A DNA stretch of 64,000 bases from Dictyostelium discoideum (taxonomy: Eukaryota), in the NCBI GenBank assembly GCA_000004695.1, contig CM000151.3:8420198-8484197 (forward strand), read 5' to 3'. The translations under genes were made by a program, and so were the position numbers. Positions 47,247 to 59,951 of the stretch are shown here, piece by piece; positions within the stretch are counted from its first letter, which is position 1, and the number at the start of each line of letters is the position of its first letter. A model generated the notes under the pieces. That model searched no databases and had not been told where the DNA came from. It saw only the letters and a list, made by a program, of their open reading frames with translations.

Positions 47247-48723
47247 ATGATATCAATCGAAGAAAATATTAAATACAAAGAAGGAACACTTTCAGTTTTG
47301 TCATCTGATGGTAAATCATGGAAAAAGAGACATTGTGTATTTAAAAATAGAATTTTATTTATTTTTGAAAATAAAAATGTAAAAATAGTTTTTTTTTATA
47401 TATTCTATTTTTATTTTTTCGATTTTTTTCAAACATAAATTTTTTTTTTTTTCATCCCAAAATCTTTTTATTATTTTTTTTTTTTTCGATCCCAAAATCT
47501 TACTAACCTTTTTTTTTTTTTTTATTATTTTTTAAAAATCAAATTCAACATCATCAAATTATCAAATTTTATATTTTATACCATTAGCAAGATGTGGATT
47601 AATATCAACAGCTATTAGTGGAGGACCAAATGGTAAATCATTTTGTTTCAAGTTATCACATGAAATTGATGAATCAATTCTTTATTGGTTATCTGATGAG
47701 AATGAAGAATCAATGAAAGAATGGGTAAGAGTATTACAATTATCATGTGCAATTCAAAAGGAACCAGAGAAAGTTCAAGTTAAAGGTAGATCAAAATCTG
47801 TAGCATTTAAGCCAGGAGCAATAGAGATTGCAGGTATAACATCAGATCATAAAGGTTGGTTAAAAAAGTATACATCATCAGGTACATTTAGAAAAACACT
47901 TCAATGGAAAAAGAGATGGTTCGTACTAAAGGATTTAGTACTCTATTATTATGAAGGACCAGAATCGAATCTAAAAGGAAAGATCTCCATTCCAAATTGG
48001 AGTGTAGAAATTGAAAAAACCATACCCATTGGTTATTGTTTTACATTATCTCATCCAGGTTATACACCAATTACCCTTCAAGCAGAGACAGAAGATGATC
48101 GTAAGAAATGGGTTCAAAAAATTAAAGATAACAATCGTAGCCTTACAAAATCTTTAGCAACTCCAAATGAAATCACAAGACTTTGTGATTGGTTTAAACA
48201 ATTGACACAATTGGACATTAAAGAACCATTGGAGTTAGTTTGTAATGCTTCATTTGTTTCAAATATTTTGGAAAAAGTTGGTTTACATGTTGATTTACCT
48301 GACAGAGATCATAAATCTCAAAGAAGTACTGATAACGATTGGTCTTTGTTAGCTTTTGATAATATAATTAAAGCTTGTCAATTTAAAGGTATTAAATTTG
48401 ATCAAACTATTTTACCAGAAGATTTTATAATTGGTGATCCTGTTGTTTTAACTTTTATTATTTCAATAATGAATCATTTTAATCCAAACAGTAAACCATC
48501 TTTAATTATAACTTCAACACCATCAATAAATACAACAAATACAACAAATACAACAAATACAACAAATACAACAAATACAACAAATACAACAACAACAACC
48601 ACTACAACAACAACCAATACAAAAGAGCAACCATCAAATTCATCTGAAACATCACCACAAACAACACCAAGATCAATGGTTTCTGATATATCATCAGTTG
48701 CGACTGATAGCGTTTCTGATAGT

Positions 48724-48809
<86 letters not shown>

Positions 48810-49266
48810 AATTTCAACAAGTAAAAGTTTAAGTTTTGATAGTAATAAAAAATCAAAAGTATCAACTCCAACAACTACAACAACTGATAAAAAAGATAAA
48901 AAAGATAAAGATACAAAATCAACACCAACTACGCCAAATACAACTTCACCAACTACAATTTCAATAAATCCAACTAATGCACCAACTCCATTGGAACCAA
49001 AACCAATTGAATCAAAACCAATTGAAACTAAACCAACCGAAACTAAGCCAATTGAAGATATTAAAACAACCAAAACAACATCAACTCCAGTTAAACCACT
49101 TAATATTCCTCCTCAAAGAACTTCAGATGATGTGGACATAGATATTATGAATTCATTAGATTTTGGTTTTGATGATGCTCCAACACCACCAACAATAACA
49201 ACAACAACTAAAACTTCAGTGGAAGTTGATTTAATTAATGAAATTATTGCAGAAACAGATGATAAC

Positions 49267-49333
<67 letters not shown>

Positions 49334-50099
49334 GCGGTACCGATAATAATAATAATAATAATAGTAAAGTTACAACACCAATTTCTACACCAACTTCAAC
49401 ACCAGTTAAATCAACATCACCAAGATTTGTTTCACCATATAGAAATTTAAAAAGAGTTGAAACTCATGATGTTTTAGGTGAATTTGATAAAATATTTTCA
49501 TCACTTTCAAAGACAGTTAAAAATTGTGAATTATGTAATGAACCAATCGCAAGTGATCCAATTGAAATACCTTGTGGTAAAGCTTGGCATAGACATCATT
49601 TTCAATGTTGTACTTGTTCAAAATCAATTCTTTGTATTGATGAAGAATTACCATATGTCGTTAGAGATGATAATATTTATTGTAAAGAAGATCATGATAA
49701 ATTATTTAAAGATGGTAATTGTTCAGAATGTAATAAATCATTAATGGTAATGTATTTTTTTTTTTTTTTTTTTTTATAATAATAAATAATTTTAATAAAA
49801 TAGTTTTCATTTACTAACTATTTTATTTTTATTTTTAATTAAAAAAAAAATAGATTACATTTGCATATAAAGGAAATTTATTATGTAGAGAACATTATTT
49901 AAATCATGTTGGTGATATGATTTGCCAAAGTTGTGAAGCACCAATTGGTAATAAATCTTATCAAACCTTTGAAGGTAAAAAATGGCATTTAGAACACTTT
50001 AAATGTTCATATTGCAGTAAAAAATTACCAGATCCATTAGTTGCTAAATTTAAAAATTCAAAACCTTATTGCGGCACTTGTTCTGTAAAATTATTTTAA
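47247..50099 (+). CDS. PH-domain and tandem LIM-domain protein
   Basis: Exon 1 is 47247..47378 (PH beta1-2 [34 protein letters not shown]). A large exon of about 47588..49746 carries the rest of PH1 (FCFKLSHE...[19 protein letters not shown]), a second PH ([27 protein letters not shown]...), S/T/N low complexity, and LIM1 (CELCNEPI...[16 protein letters not shown]...). Exon 3 is 49854..50099 and carries LIM2 (...CQSCEAPI...[15 protein letters not shown]...CGTCS). The exon 1 to exon 2 splice phase does not close with canonical GT-AG; see findings. Confidence 0.55.
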
Positions 50100-50295
50100 T
50101 AAATTTAAATTAAATTTTTTATTAATTTTTTTCATTCTTTTTTTTTTTTTTTTTTTTTTCCCACATTCCACAATTTATGCATGTTTAATTTCCCACATCA
50201 CATCAATTAAATTTTATTTTTTTTTTATTTTTATTTTTTTATTTTTATTTTTTTTTTATTTTTATTTTTTATTTTTTATTTTTTTTTTTTATCCC

Positions 50296-50997
50296 ATGAA
50301 TTTCATTTTAAAAAATTCAATTAGAAATTTCAGTTCAAGTATATCAAATTATAGTAAAATGACAGGAAAAGTTGTAGTTAAAACCACTAATGCACCAGGT
50401 GCTATTGGCCCATACAGTCAAGCAATTATTGCTAACAATCAAGTTTTCGTTTCTGGTTGTTTAGGTATTGATAAAGATGTATGTTGTTTTTTTATTACTA
50501 TTTATCATTTTCTTGATCAAAAAAAAAAATAAAAAAAAATAAGAAAGATAAAAAAAGATAAAAAAAAAGATAAAATGAAAAAACTTTAAATTAATAAACT
50601 AATAATAATTAATTAAATAAATATTATTATTATTTTTAGACTATGCAATTCACATCTGAAACTGATGTTAGTATTCAAACTAAACTTGCTTTAACAAACA
50701 TGAAAAACATTGTTGAAGCTGCTGGTTCATCAATGGAAAAAGTTGTTAAAACTACCATCTTATTAAAATCAATGGATGATTTCCAAGCTGTTAACACTGT
50801 CTATTCTACTTGTAAGTGTTTACAATCAATGATTTATTAAATTAATAATTGGTTATTGATTCATATTAAAAACTAATTAAATTAATTTTAATAAAATAGT
50901 CTTCCCAGTTGACCCACCAGCTAGATCAACCTTTGCTGTTGCTTGTTTACCAAAGAATGCTTTAGTAGAAATTGAAGCTATTGCAATTCACCAATGA
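50296..50997 (+). CDS. RidA/YjgF/UK114 family reactive-intermediate deaminase, probable mitochondrial
   Basis: Exon 1 is 50296..50478 (donor GTATGT), exon 2 is 50640..50811 (donor GTAAGT, phase 1), and exon 3 is 50900..50997. Family signatures [57 protein letters not shown] and [23 protein letters not shown] are present. The N-terminal ~20 aa look like a presequence. Confidence 0.8.
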
Positions 50998-51200
50998 ACC
51001 GAGGGTAAATCAAATAATATCATCAATTCAAAATTATAAATAATAAATAATAAGTAATAGTTTATTCTATTATTGTAAAAAAGAACTAAAATATAATAAT
51101 AGTTTTTATTTTGTTTCCAAATATAAAAAAAAAAAAAAATATTACATAATATACATATTATATATTTATTTTATTGTTTTTTTTTTTTTTTTTTTATCAA

Positions 51201-51483
51201 TTAATTATTCATATATTGACAAATAATATTCATTGCTTGACCACCAGGGAATCTACCTAATACACCACTAGTAGATTCAATTTCATTAAAAACTTTAACA
51301 TTATCACTAAAACAATTACTACTATTACTATTATTATTATTATTAATATTATTATCATCATTTTTCTTATTTATAATTTTATCAGCTTCAATCACTTTAC
51401 AAATTGTAAATGGTACTGGTTCATAAGAATGATCACCTGTTAAAACTGGTGTTGAATGATCACCTGTTAAACAAATTGTAAAC

Positions 51484-51517
<34 letters not shown>

Positions 51518-51550
51518 AATTATTAATTATTTTTAATTTTCTCTAATAGA

Positions 51551-51614
<64 letters not shown>

Positions 51615-53033
51615 CTAAACTTACATTTCCTTTGTTTTCATTTTGAGCAATTGCTAATTGTGAAATTATAAAATGTAACATTTTATCAATTTTCTCTAAG
51701 AATTCAATTTTGAGAGGGGCATTTTTATCATGACCAGCATCATCTACTGCTTTAATATGTAAGAAACCAAATTGATATTTATCATTGTCAACATCCAATA
51801 TATTCTTTAATAAGGTATCAGCTTTTGATTGTAAGTTTGTATGATAATCACCTGTACCACCTTCAGATTCAATCACATCAATCTTTACAGACATACCTAA
51901 ACCAGCGATAATACATGTTGGAGCAATCATAAATGCATTCATTCCATACTTTTGTTTAAAGGTTGGTGCCTCAACACAAACACCACAACCACGTAATAAT
52001 ACAACATTTGCAACTGGTAAACCTTTTTCTCTTCTCTCTATATTAATTGGATGATTTTCTAATGCTTTTTGAATTTCATCTGATAATTCATTTACAATCT
52101 ATAAATTAATAACAGTTAATAATAATTAAATAAAAAATTATTATTAATCATTTTTTATTATTTATTATTTATTATTTATTATTTATTTATTATTATTATT
52201 ATTTTTTATTTGTTATTAAAAATAATTAATATATAATATATAAAATTTAAAATTAAAAAAAATATAAAAACTTACTTTACTTGTTAAAATGGAATCATGA
52301 GAATTAATATCTAAAGGTGTTGCTTTTAATAATGGTAAATTATCTTTTAATGGATCAGTACCAGTGATTGAATCAGTAAGATTTGGACCTCTAACTCTTA
52401 CACCACATCTATGTTCAGTTGCATATTTTACATCTACTCTATAATTTGGAAATGATGGTAATTTAATACCTGTTAAATAATCACATAATGTTGGTCCAAG
52501 ATGTTCAAAATTTCTATCTGCTCTTCTTAAAATAACAATTCCACTTGATTTATCTATTGTTGCAAAATTTGACTAAAAAATAAATTATTAAATTAAAAAA
52601 AATATAAATTAATATAAAATATAAATTGGTATCAAAATTTAAAATAAATAAAATAAAATATATTAAAAAAAAAATAAAAAAAATAAAAAAAAAAAAAAAA
52701 TACTTTAAAAGCAATATCACCTGGTTGCATATCTAAACCAGCACCCATTGATTCAAATGCACCTCTACCTCTATAATATTTTCTTGGATCATAACCTAAA
52801 ATTGAAAGATGTGCTGTATCACTACCACATGCAAATCCTGGTTCAACTGGATCCATTACACCATTTATACCACTTGATGACATTGCATCCATTGTTGGCG
52901 TATTTGCAACTTGTAATGTGGTTTTTCTTTCATATTGAGGTATTGATGTATCTGCAATACCATCAACCATAACAAATACCATTTTATTATTGTTACCCAT
53001 TTTCTTTCTTTTTTTTTTATTGAAACAATCCAC
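51201..53033 (-). CDS. 2,3-bisphosphoglycerate-independent phosphoglycerate mutase, archaeal type (ApgM family metalloenzyme)
   Basis: Four exons on the minus strand: 52704..53033 (start may be the internal ATG at 53000; donor GTATTT), 52276..52572 (donor GTAAGT), 51625..52098 (donor GTAAGT), and 51201..51482; all junctions are phase 0. Motifs MVFVMVDGIAD, GSDTAHLSILGYDP, CGVRVRGPNLTD and ...TGDHSTPVLTGDHSYEPVPF are present. Confidence 0.7.
51552..51612. repeat. (TA)n microsatellite in intron 3 of the phosphoglycerate mutase gene
   Basis: Perfect tatata run of about 30 units. Confidence 0.9.
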
Positions 53034-55809
53034 AAGATAAAAAAAAAAAAAAAAAAAAATAAAAAAAAAAAAAAAATTAATTTTTCGTGCGAGAAATTAA
53101 TTTTCAAACTATTTGTGCATAAAATTATTTAAAATTTGTTTTAATTTAAAAAAAAATAATAAAAAAATAACTTTTTCTTTTTTAATCAAATTTTAAATTG
53201 TTTACTTAATCGCACACTTTTCCTATTTTGAATTTTTAAACCTCAAGGTTATCATAATAATATAAAAAATCAAGCAAAAATTTGGAAATTGTTTTTTTTT
53301 TATTATAATAAAGGTTAGTTCATTTGAACAGTTTTGTTTACTAAAAAAATTATTGTTAAAAAAAATTATTGCTAAAAAAAAAATAAAAATAAAATTATAA
53401 AAATAAAAAAATAAAAAATTATAATTTTCGAAGTTCATAGATATTTTGGTATGACAGGACAAACTTGTAAAAATTAAAAAAATTTGGGTGAAAAAAAAAA
53501 TATCAAATAAATTTTCTTTTTTTTTTTTTTTTTAATTTTATTTTTAGTAATCAAAAGATCTTTTAATCGATTTGGAGTTATAAAAAATGAATAATGTTAC
53601 AATTAATTTAGTTTTATTTACTATTTTTTTTTTTAAAAGATTTAAAAAAAAAATTTCCCCCTATTTTTAATATTGTTTTTTTAAAAGATTTAAAAAAAAA
53701 AACTCCCCTATTTTTAATATTATTTTGTTAAAAGATTTAAAAAAAAAACTTTTTTACTTTTTTTATTTTATTATTAATATTTTGAAACCAAAAAAATAAA
53801 AAATTAATTTAAAAATAATAAATTTTTGATTTTTTGGTTTAGTTCTATTAACGTCATACTTATAATTATCTGTTCGTATGTTTATTTTAAAGATTCGAAT
53901 CTTTAATTCTTGCTATCCTTTTAACATCTTTCACTTAAAAATAAATACATTGGACCTTTCTGTGAATAATTGAATTAATTCTGAAAAAAAAAAGTTATTT
54001 TGAAAAAGATCGAGTTATCCCGGAAAAGATCAATCTTTTCGCTAAAAATTTTTCATTGGCCATATTATTTTTTTTTTTTAATTTTTTTCATTTATTCACA
54101 ATTAAAATAAAAAATATAAAAATAAATAAATAAAATAAATAGTATGATTGACAAAAAAAATCAAAAATACCCCGGTAGGATTTATTTTTTATATGTAGTT
54201 TTTTTTTTTTGAAGTTCCTTTTTTTTTTTTGAAGTTCATTTTTTTTTATATTTTCTTTATTTCTCTATAAATACAACCAAATTTAATTCTACGATAGGTC
54301 TTAACAAATATTGTTTAATATTATTTAAAATTTTTGTTTTAAATAATGTGTTTTATTAAAAAAAAAAAAAAACATGTGAAAAGTGAAAAATTTTTCAAAA
54401 AAAAATAAACTTTTTTCGAAATAACTGAATTTATTCCGGGATAACTCGATCTTTTTTAAAATATGCTGAGTTAATTATAATTAATTCAATTATCCACTGA
54501 TAGGTCCATTATCATTTTTGTTAGAGACTCAAAACTAATTTAATTTTAAAGTTAGTATGAGCCCCAACAACTTTACAAATTTGCGCGTCTCCATGTAAAA
54601 ATATTTCATTTAATTTTAATTTTTATTTTTTAATTTTTTATTTTTTAAGTCGAAAAATAAAAAATTAAATTAAATTAAAATTTAAAAATAATAAAAATTC
54701 TGATTTTCGGTTTAGTTTCATAACGACCTTACTTTAATATTATGTATGTTTATTTTAAGATACGAGTCTTTCTCTATTTCTATCCCTAACAATATAAATA
54801 ATAACGATTGATGAAGATTGATGAAGATTGATGAAGATTGATGAAGATTGATGAAGATTGATGTAGATTGATATAGGATTAGATAGATTGGAATAGTGCC
54901 AATGACTTTTATTTTAACATAAGATGGAAATATTAAATAAATAATTAGATACAATCTTTATATAATTGCCTATACAATGACACCTCATGATGAAGAAGTC
55001 GACTCTTCAGATTAGAGGAATAACAGTAGTATTTAAAACAAAATAAAAATGCATTACAATGGCCCTTCTGTTTGCAAGATTAACGCTGTACTGCTTAGGC
55101 GGTACAACGACACTTCCTACTCACATTGTAAACATGCATCTTTTATAAAGTAATATAAAATAAGATTGTATCAATTAATTTAATAATATTCTAAATATAA
55201 ACAATGACACCTCAAACAGAGGAATAACTGTGTTGTTATATAAAAACAATGACACCTCAAACAGAGGAATAACTGTTATATAAAAGCAATGACACCTCAA
55301 ACAGAGGAATAACGGTATTGTAATAATATTAAGACACCACAATATATAATATTAGTGGAATAACAGTTAAACAAAGACACCACAATATAAATTATTAGTG
55401 GAATAACAATTAAACAAAGACACCACAGTATAAATTATTAGTGGAATAACAGTTAAACAAAGACACCACAATATAAATTATTAGTGGAATAACAGTTAAA
55501 CAAAGACACCACAGTATAAATTATTAGTGGAATAACAGTTATATAGATGTATTATTAATAAAAATAATTTAAGATAATATTTATTATCAATCAAATAAAG
55601 ACACCACAATAAAAATATATTAGTGGGATAACAGTTATAATATATTAATAATAATATCAATTATTTAATTTTAAAAATTAAAATAAATAAATTAAATAAA
55701 TTAAATTAATTTAATTAAATAAATTAAATAAATTAAATTAAATATATTAAATTAAATTAAATAAATTAAATTATATAATTTAAAATTTAAAATAAATTGT
55801 TGGTGAAAG

Positions 55810-56764
55810 TAATGACATCAACTACTACTCTTTCAAAGATAGCCATCCGTAAAGCCAAAGTGTCTTCCACCGCCAAATGTGCCGCTGAAGTGACCTCTGC
55901 CTCCGATGAAGCTATTTCTGTCCAAGCCAAACCAAAAAAGACCCTTCATCCCACTGAAGACGATGATTAACTTTATACTACCGAAAGCACGGACCTATCC
56001 GAGGCTGAAGTCAGAGAGAGAGCCTAAGAATTCAAAGACAACTCCATTGAAGCTAAAACCATTGATGCTTTTAAAAAATGATACCACTGCCTTCATCTTC
56101 ATGAATCTCTTTACCATCTACTTCCCCCTGTCTCCTCCCCCCAACCCAACCTTGATGACCATTATGGACAATGTACTACATCAAATGAATTATTCCATTT
56201 GCTTCAACCTGACCAATATGAATCAGTGAAGAACAACGATAATTTGAAGGTGTAACTTTGAGGAAGCTTATCCACCGTAACTTTAGACCCAAGACTTTGG
56301 TTCCCGTCAAAACTGACTACGAAGCTGCTAAAATTAAAGTGGTCTAAGCCATTAGCCATTGTAACAACCACTCAGCCTAATATGTTAAAAAAAACATCGA
56401 AGCAAATATGAGTTACAACAATGTAATTAATCCGATGTATCTCATCCATGGTACTGCTGATGTTCAATTAGATTATCTAAGATCAATTTTAGATAATAAT
56501 ATCCTTGCTTTGTTAAAGATGGTTATACCAGACTGGTTACAAACTGATGTTGCAATCAAGCTCAACCCTCAAACCGATATCACCGAGTGTCGTGAAGCTA
56601 TCACCGAGTTGGTTCTTTTCAATACTGATAAGTTTTCTAGAAGAAGATCTTCCGATTCGGCATCGAATACTGATGAGAAGTTTCCAATGAAAAATAATCA
56701 TGCTGTTCCAAATCATAACTCTCAAAGCAGGAATCACTTAGAGCTGAAATATAACCAAAGGTAA
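55810..56764 (+). pseudogene. Degenerate copy of the repeat-unit ORF (multiple stops and frameshifts)
   Basis: The translation MTSTTTLSKIAIRKAKVSSTAKCAAEVTSASDEA... is interrupted by stops. It resumes in other frames (ORF 56408..56764 ...NPMYLIHGTADVQLDYLRSILDNNILALLKMVIPDWLQTDVAIKLNPQTDITECREAITELV...) that are homologous to copy 2. Confidence 0.6.
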
Positions 56765-58185
56765 AAGATAATAAAATGGTAAATATCAACAAGATAAGAA
56801 ACAGTTACATTGTTTATCGTCATAGCAAAGGCTATTGTCTCAATTGTAGTCGTTCAAATTACTCTACATCTTTATGTAATGCCGATACTGTCAAGGTCAA
56901 AGTCAATCCATCAAGTCCATAAGCCAAAAAGCAACAATGACTCGATGAAGGTGATGAGTACAAGTCTAAGATTTTAAATAAAAATTATAAAATTTCACAA
57001 TATCATCACCCCGAGAAAATGGATGGTAAAGAGATTCATGAAGATGAGAGCAGTGGCAGCATTTTTTTAAAGCATCAATGGTTTTAGCTTCAATGGAGTT
57101 GTCTTTGACTTCTTTGGCTCTTTCTACCTGACTTCGAGTTTGGATATGTCAGTTCTTACAGTTGTATAAATTTCTTCATCGTCTCCAATGGGATGAAGAG
57201 TCTTTTTTGATTTCACTTGAACTTGGGTAGCATCATCCGAGGCGAATGCACTTCAGCAGCACATTTGGTGGTGGAAGACACTTTGGCTTTACGAATGGCT
57301 TTTTTTGAAAGAGTAGTTGTTCTAGACTCAAAACTAAATTAATTTAAAGTTAGTATGAGCTCAACAACGTAACAAATTCGCGCATCTCCATGTAAAAATA
57401 TTTCATTTAATTTTAATTTTTTATTTTTTCATTTGAAAAATAAAAAATTAAATTAAATAAAATAAAATTAAATTAAAATTTAAAAAAATAATAAAAATTC
57501 TGATTTTCGGTTTAGTTTTCATAACGCCCTTACTTTTAATTATCTCTTTTATATATGTTTACTTTTATGATATTAGTCTTTCACTCTTTCTATCCTTCAT
57601 ATTAAAAAACATTACTTTAAAGATTGGACAGTTTGATTAAAGATTGAACAAATGTGACAATGGATTGAAGATTAGTGTGAGTGAATTTTACACTTTTTTT
57701 TCTAATTTTAACATAAAACAAATACATTAAAACAAATAATTAGATACAATCCTTATATTTCGTATACAATGGCACCTCATGATGAAGAAGTCGACTCTTC
57801 AGATTAGAGGAATAACAGTAGTATTTAAACAAAATAAAAATGCATTACAATGGCCCTTCAGTTTGCAAGATTAACGCTGTACTGCTTAGGCGGTACAACG
57901 ACACTTCTTACTCACATTATAAACATGCATCTTTTATAAAGTAATATAAAATAAGATTGTATCAATTAATTTAATAATAATGCTCAAATACAAAGACACC
58001 ACAATATAAATTATTAGTGGAATAACAGTTAACATATATTAATACTTATATTAATTATTTAATTAAAAATTAAATTAAATTAAATTAAATAAATTAAATT
58101 AAATTATAAAATTAAATTATAAAAATTAAATTATAAAATTAAATTATATTTAATAAATTTTATATATAATTGTTGGTGAAAGTCA

Positions 58186-59227
58186 TGTCATCAACTACTA
58201 CTCCTTCAAAGAAAGCCATCCGTAAAGCCAAAGTGTCTTCCACCGCCAAACGTGCCGCTGAAGTGACAACCGCCTCCGATGATGCTATTACTGTTCAAGT
58301 AAAATCAAAAAAGACTCTTCGTCCCACTGAAGTCGATGATGAAATTTATTCAACTGAAAGCACTGATGTATCCGACGTCGAAGTCAGAGAGAAAGTGCCA
58401 AAGAAATCAAAGACCAATTCCATTGAAGCTAAAACCATTGACGCTTTAAAAAATGCTGCCACTGCTGTCATCTTCATGAATCTCTTTACCATCCACTGCT
58501 CCCAGAATGGTGTTGAACCAACCTTGAAGACCATTATGGACAATGGTGCTGCATCAAATGAATTATTTCAATTGCTTCAACCTACCCACAATGAATCAGT
58601 TAAGAACATTGAAGAAGGTGGAGCATTGAAGAAGCTAATACACCGTAACTTTATATCCAAGACTTTGGTTCCATTCAAAACTGACTACGAAGCTGCCAAC
58701 ACTAAAGTAGTAGAAGCTATTAACCATCGTAACTGCTACTCAGCCCAAGATGTTATAAAAAACATCGAAGCCATTATGAGTTACCACAATGTAATTAATC
58801 CGGTGTATCTAATCCATGGTACTGCTGAAGTTCAATTAGAGTATCTAAGATCAATTTTAGATAATAATATCATTGCTTTGTTAAAGATGGTCGTACCAGA
58901 CTGGTTACAAACTGATTAATCAAACTCAACACTCAAACCGATATCACCGAGTGTCGTGAAGCCTTCACCGAGTTGGTTCTTAACAATGCTGATAAGTTCT
59001 CGAGAAGAAGACCTTCCGATTCCGCATCGAATACTGATGAGAAGTTTCCATTAAAAAAGAATCATGCTACTCCAAATCATAACTCTAATAACAGGAATTC
59101 CTTTGATGCACAAGCTGATAAGATTAGAGCTGCAATATTACCCGAAATAAGAAAAGACTCTAAGGTAGACCTCAAAAAGATAAGAAGCAGCACAGCGGCG
59201 AAAATCAACACTTTAAAGCACCTTTAA
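58186..59227 (+). pseudogene. More intact copy of the repeat-unit ORF, ~350 aa, with one in-frame stop / small deletion at 58917
   Basis: The translation MSSTTTPSKKAIRKAKVSS...VINPVYLIHGTAEVQLEYLRSILDNNIIALLKMVVPDWLQTD stops with TAA where copy 1 reads through. The remainder is ORF 58973..59227 (...ADKFSRRRPSDSASNTDEKFP...KIRAAILPEIRKDSKVDLKKIRSSTAAKINTLKHL*). No RT, integrase, transposase or endonuclease motifs recognised. Confidence 0.55.
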
Positions 59228-59639
59228 ATCCAAGTACTCTTTTTAATATATATTAATAAGTATACTTAATAAGTAATACTTAATAAGCACACTTAATAAG
59301 TATTGTTGTAGGGAATTTTTTTTGAAATTTCGCTTTCTAAACGGCAGTGAATTTTTACACTAAAATACGCTGTTTATGCATGGTGTAAAAATTCACTAAA
59401 TTTTTTTTTTTTATAATTAAATTAAAAAACAATTTATTTAATCAAAAAAATTAAAAACCAATTTTATTCAGTTATTTGCTTGTTTATTTATTTTTTTATA
59501 ACAAAAAAATTTAGTTTGCGCCATTTTTTTTTTTTTTTTTTTTTTTCAAATTATTTTTTTCAATTTTTTTTTTTATCGATTGTTTTCATTTTTGGGGAAT
59601 AAAATAAAATTGTTCGATAAAAAAAAAATTGAAAAAAAT

Positions 59640-59686
<47 letters not shown>

Positions 59687-59902
59687 GGTTTATATTTTAA
59701 TTATGGTATTCATATAATTATTTTTAGTATTTATATTATTTATAATTATAAACTCGAGTTAATAGAATTATTATTATTATTATTATTATTTAAATGCGGG
59801 TCAACTATAATTAGTGTCTTTGTTCACTTATTTAATATTAACTTATTTTTGTGTCTTCGTTACATAAAAAAAAAAATGAAAAAAAAAAAATAAAAAAAAA
59901 AA

Positions 59903-59942
<40 letters not shown>

Positions 59943-59951
59943 AATGCAAAA

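Larger units (their letters stand above)
53460..59400 (+). mobile_element. Transposon-like / multicopy repeat cluster: two tandem copies plus one inverted partial copy of a ~2.2-kb unit carrying a degenerate ~350-aa ORF
   Basis: Copy 1 is about 54490..56800 and copy 2 is about 57300..59400; they share three long near-identical blocks. A third copy of the ~100-bp module ctgattttc/tggtttagtt...tatgtttattttaa... lies at 53825. The internal tandem repeats are a 10-mer x8 at 54790-54875, 29-mers at 55195-55320, and 43-mers at 55330-55545. An inverted ~340-bp copy of the ORF 5' end lies at 56960..57300. Element class is not identifiable from memory. Confidence 0.55.
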
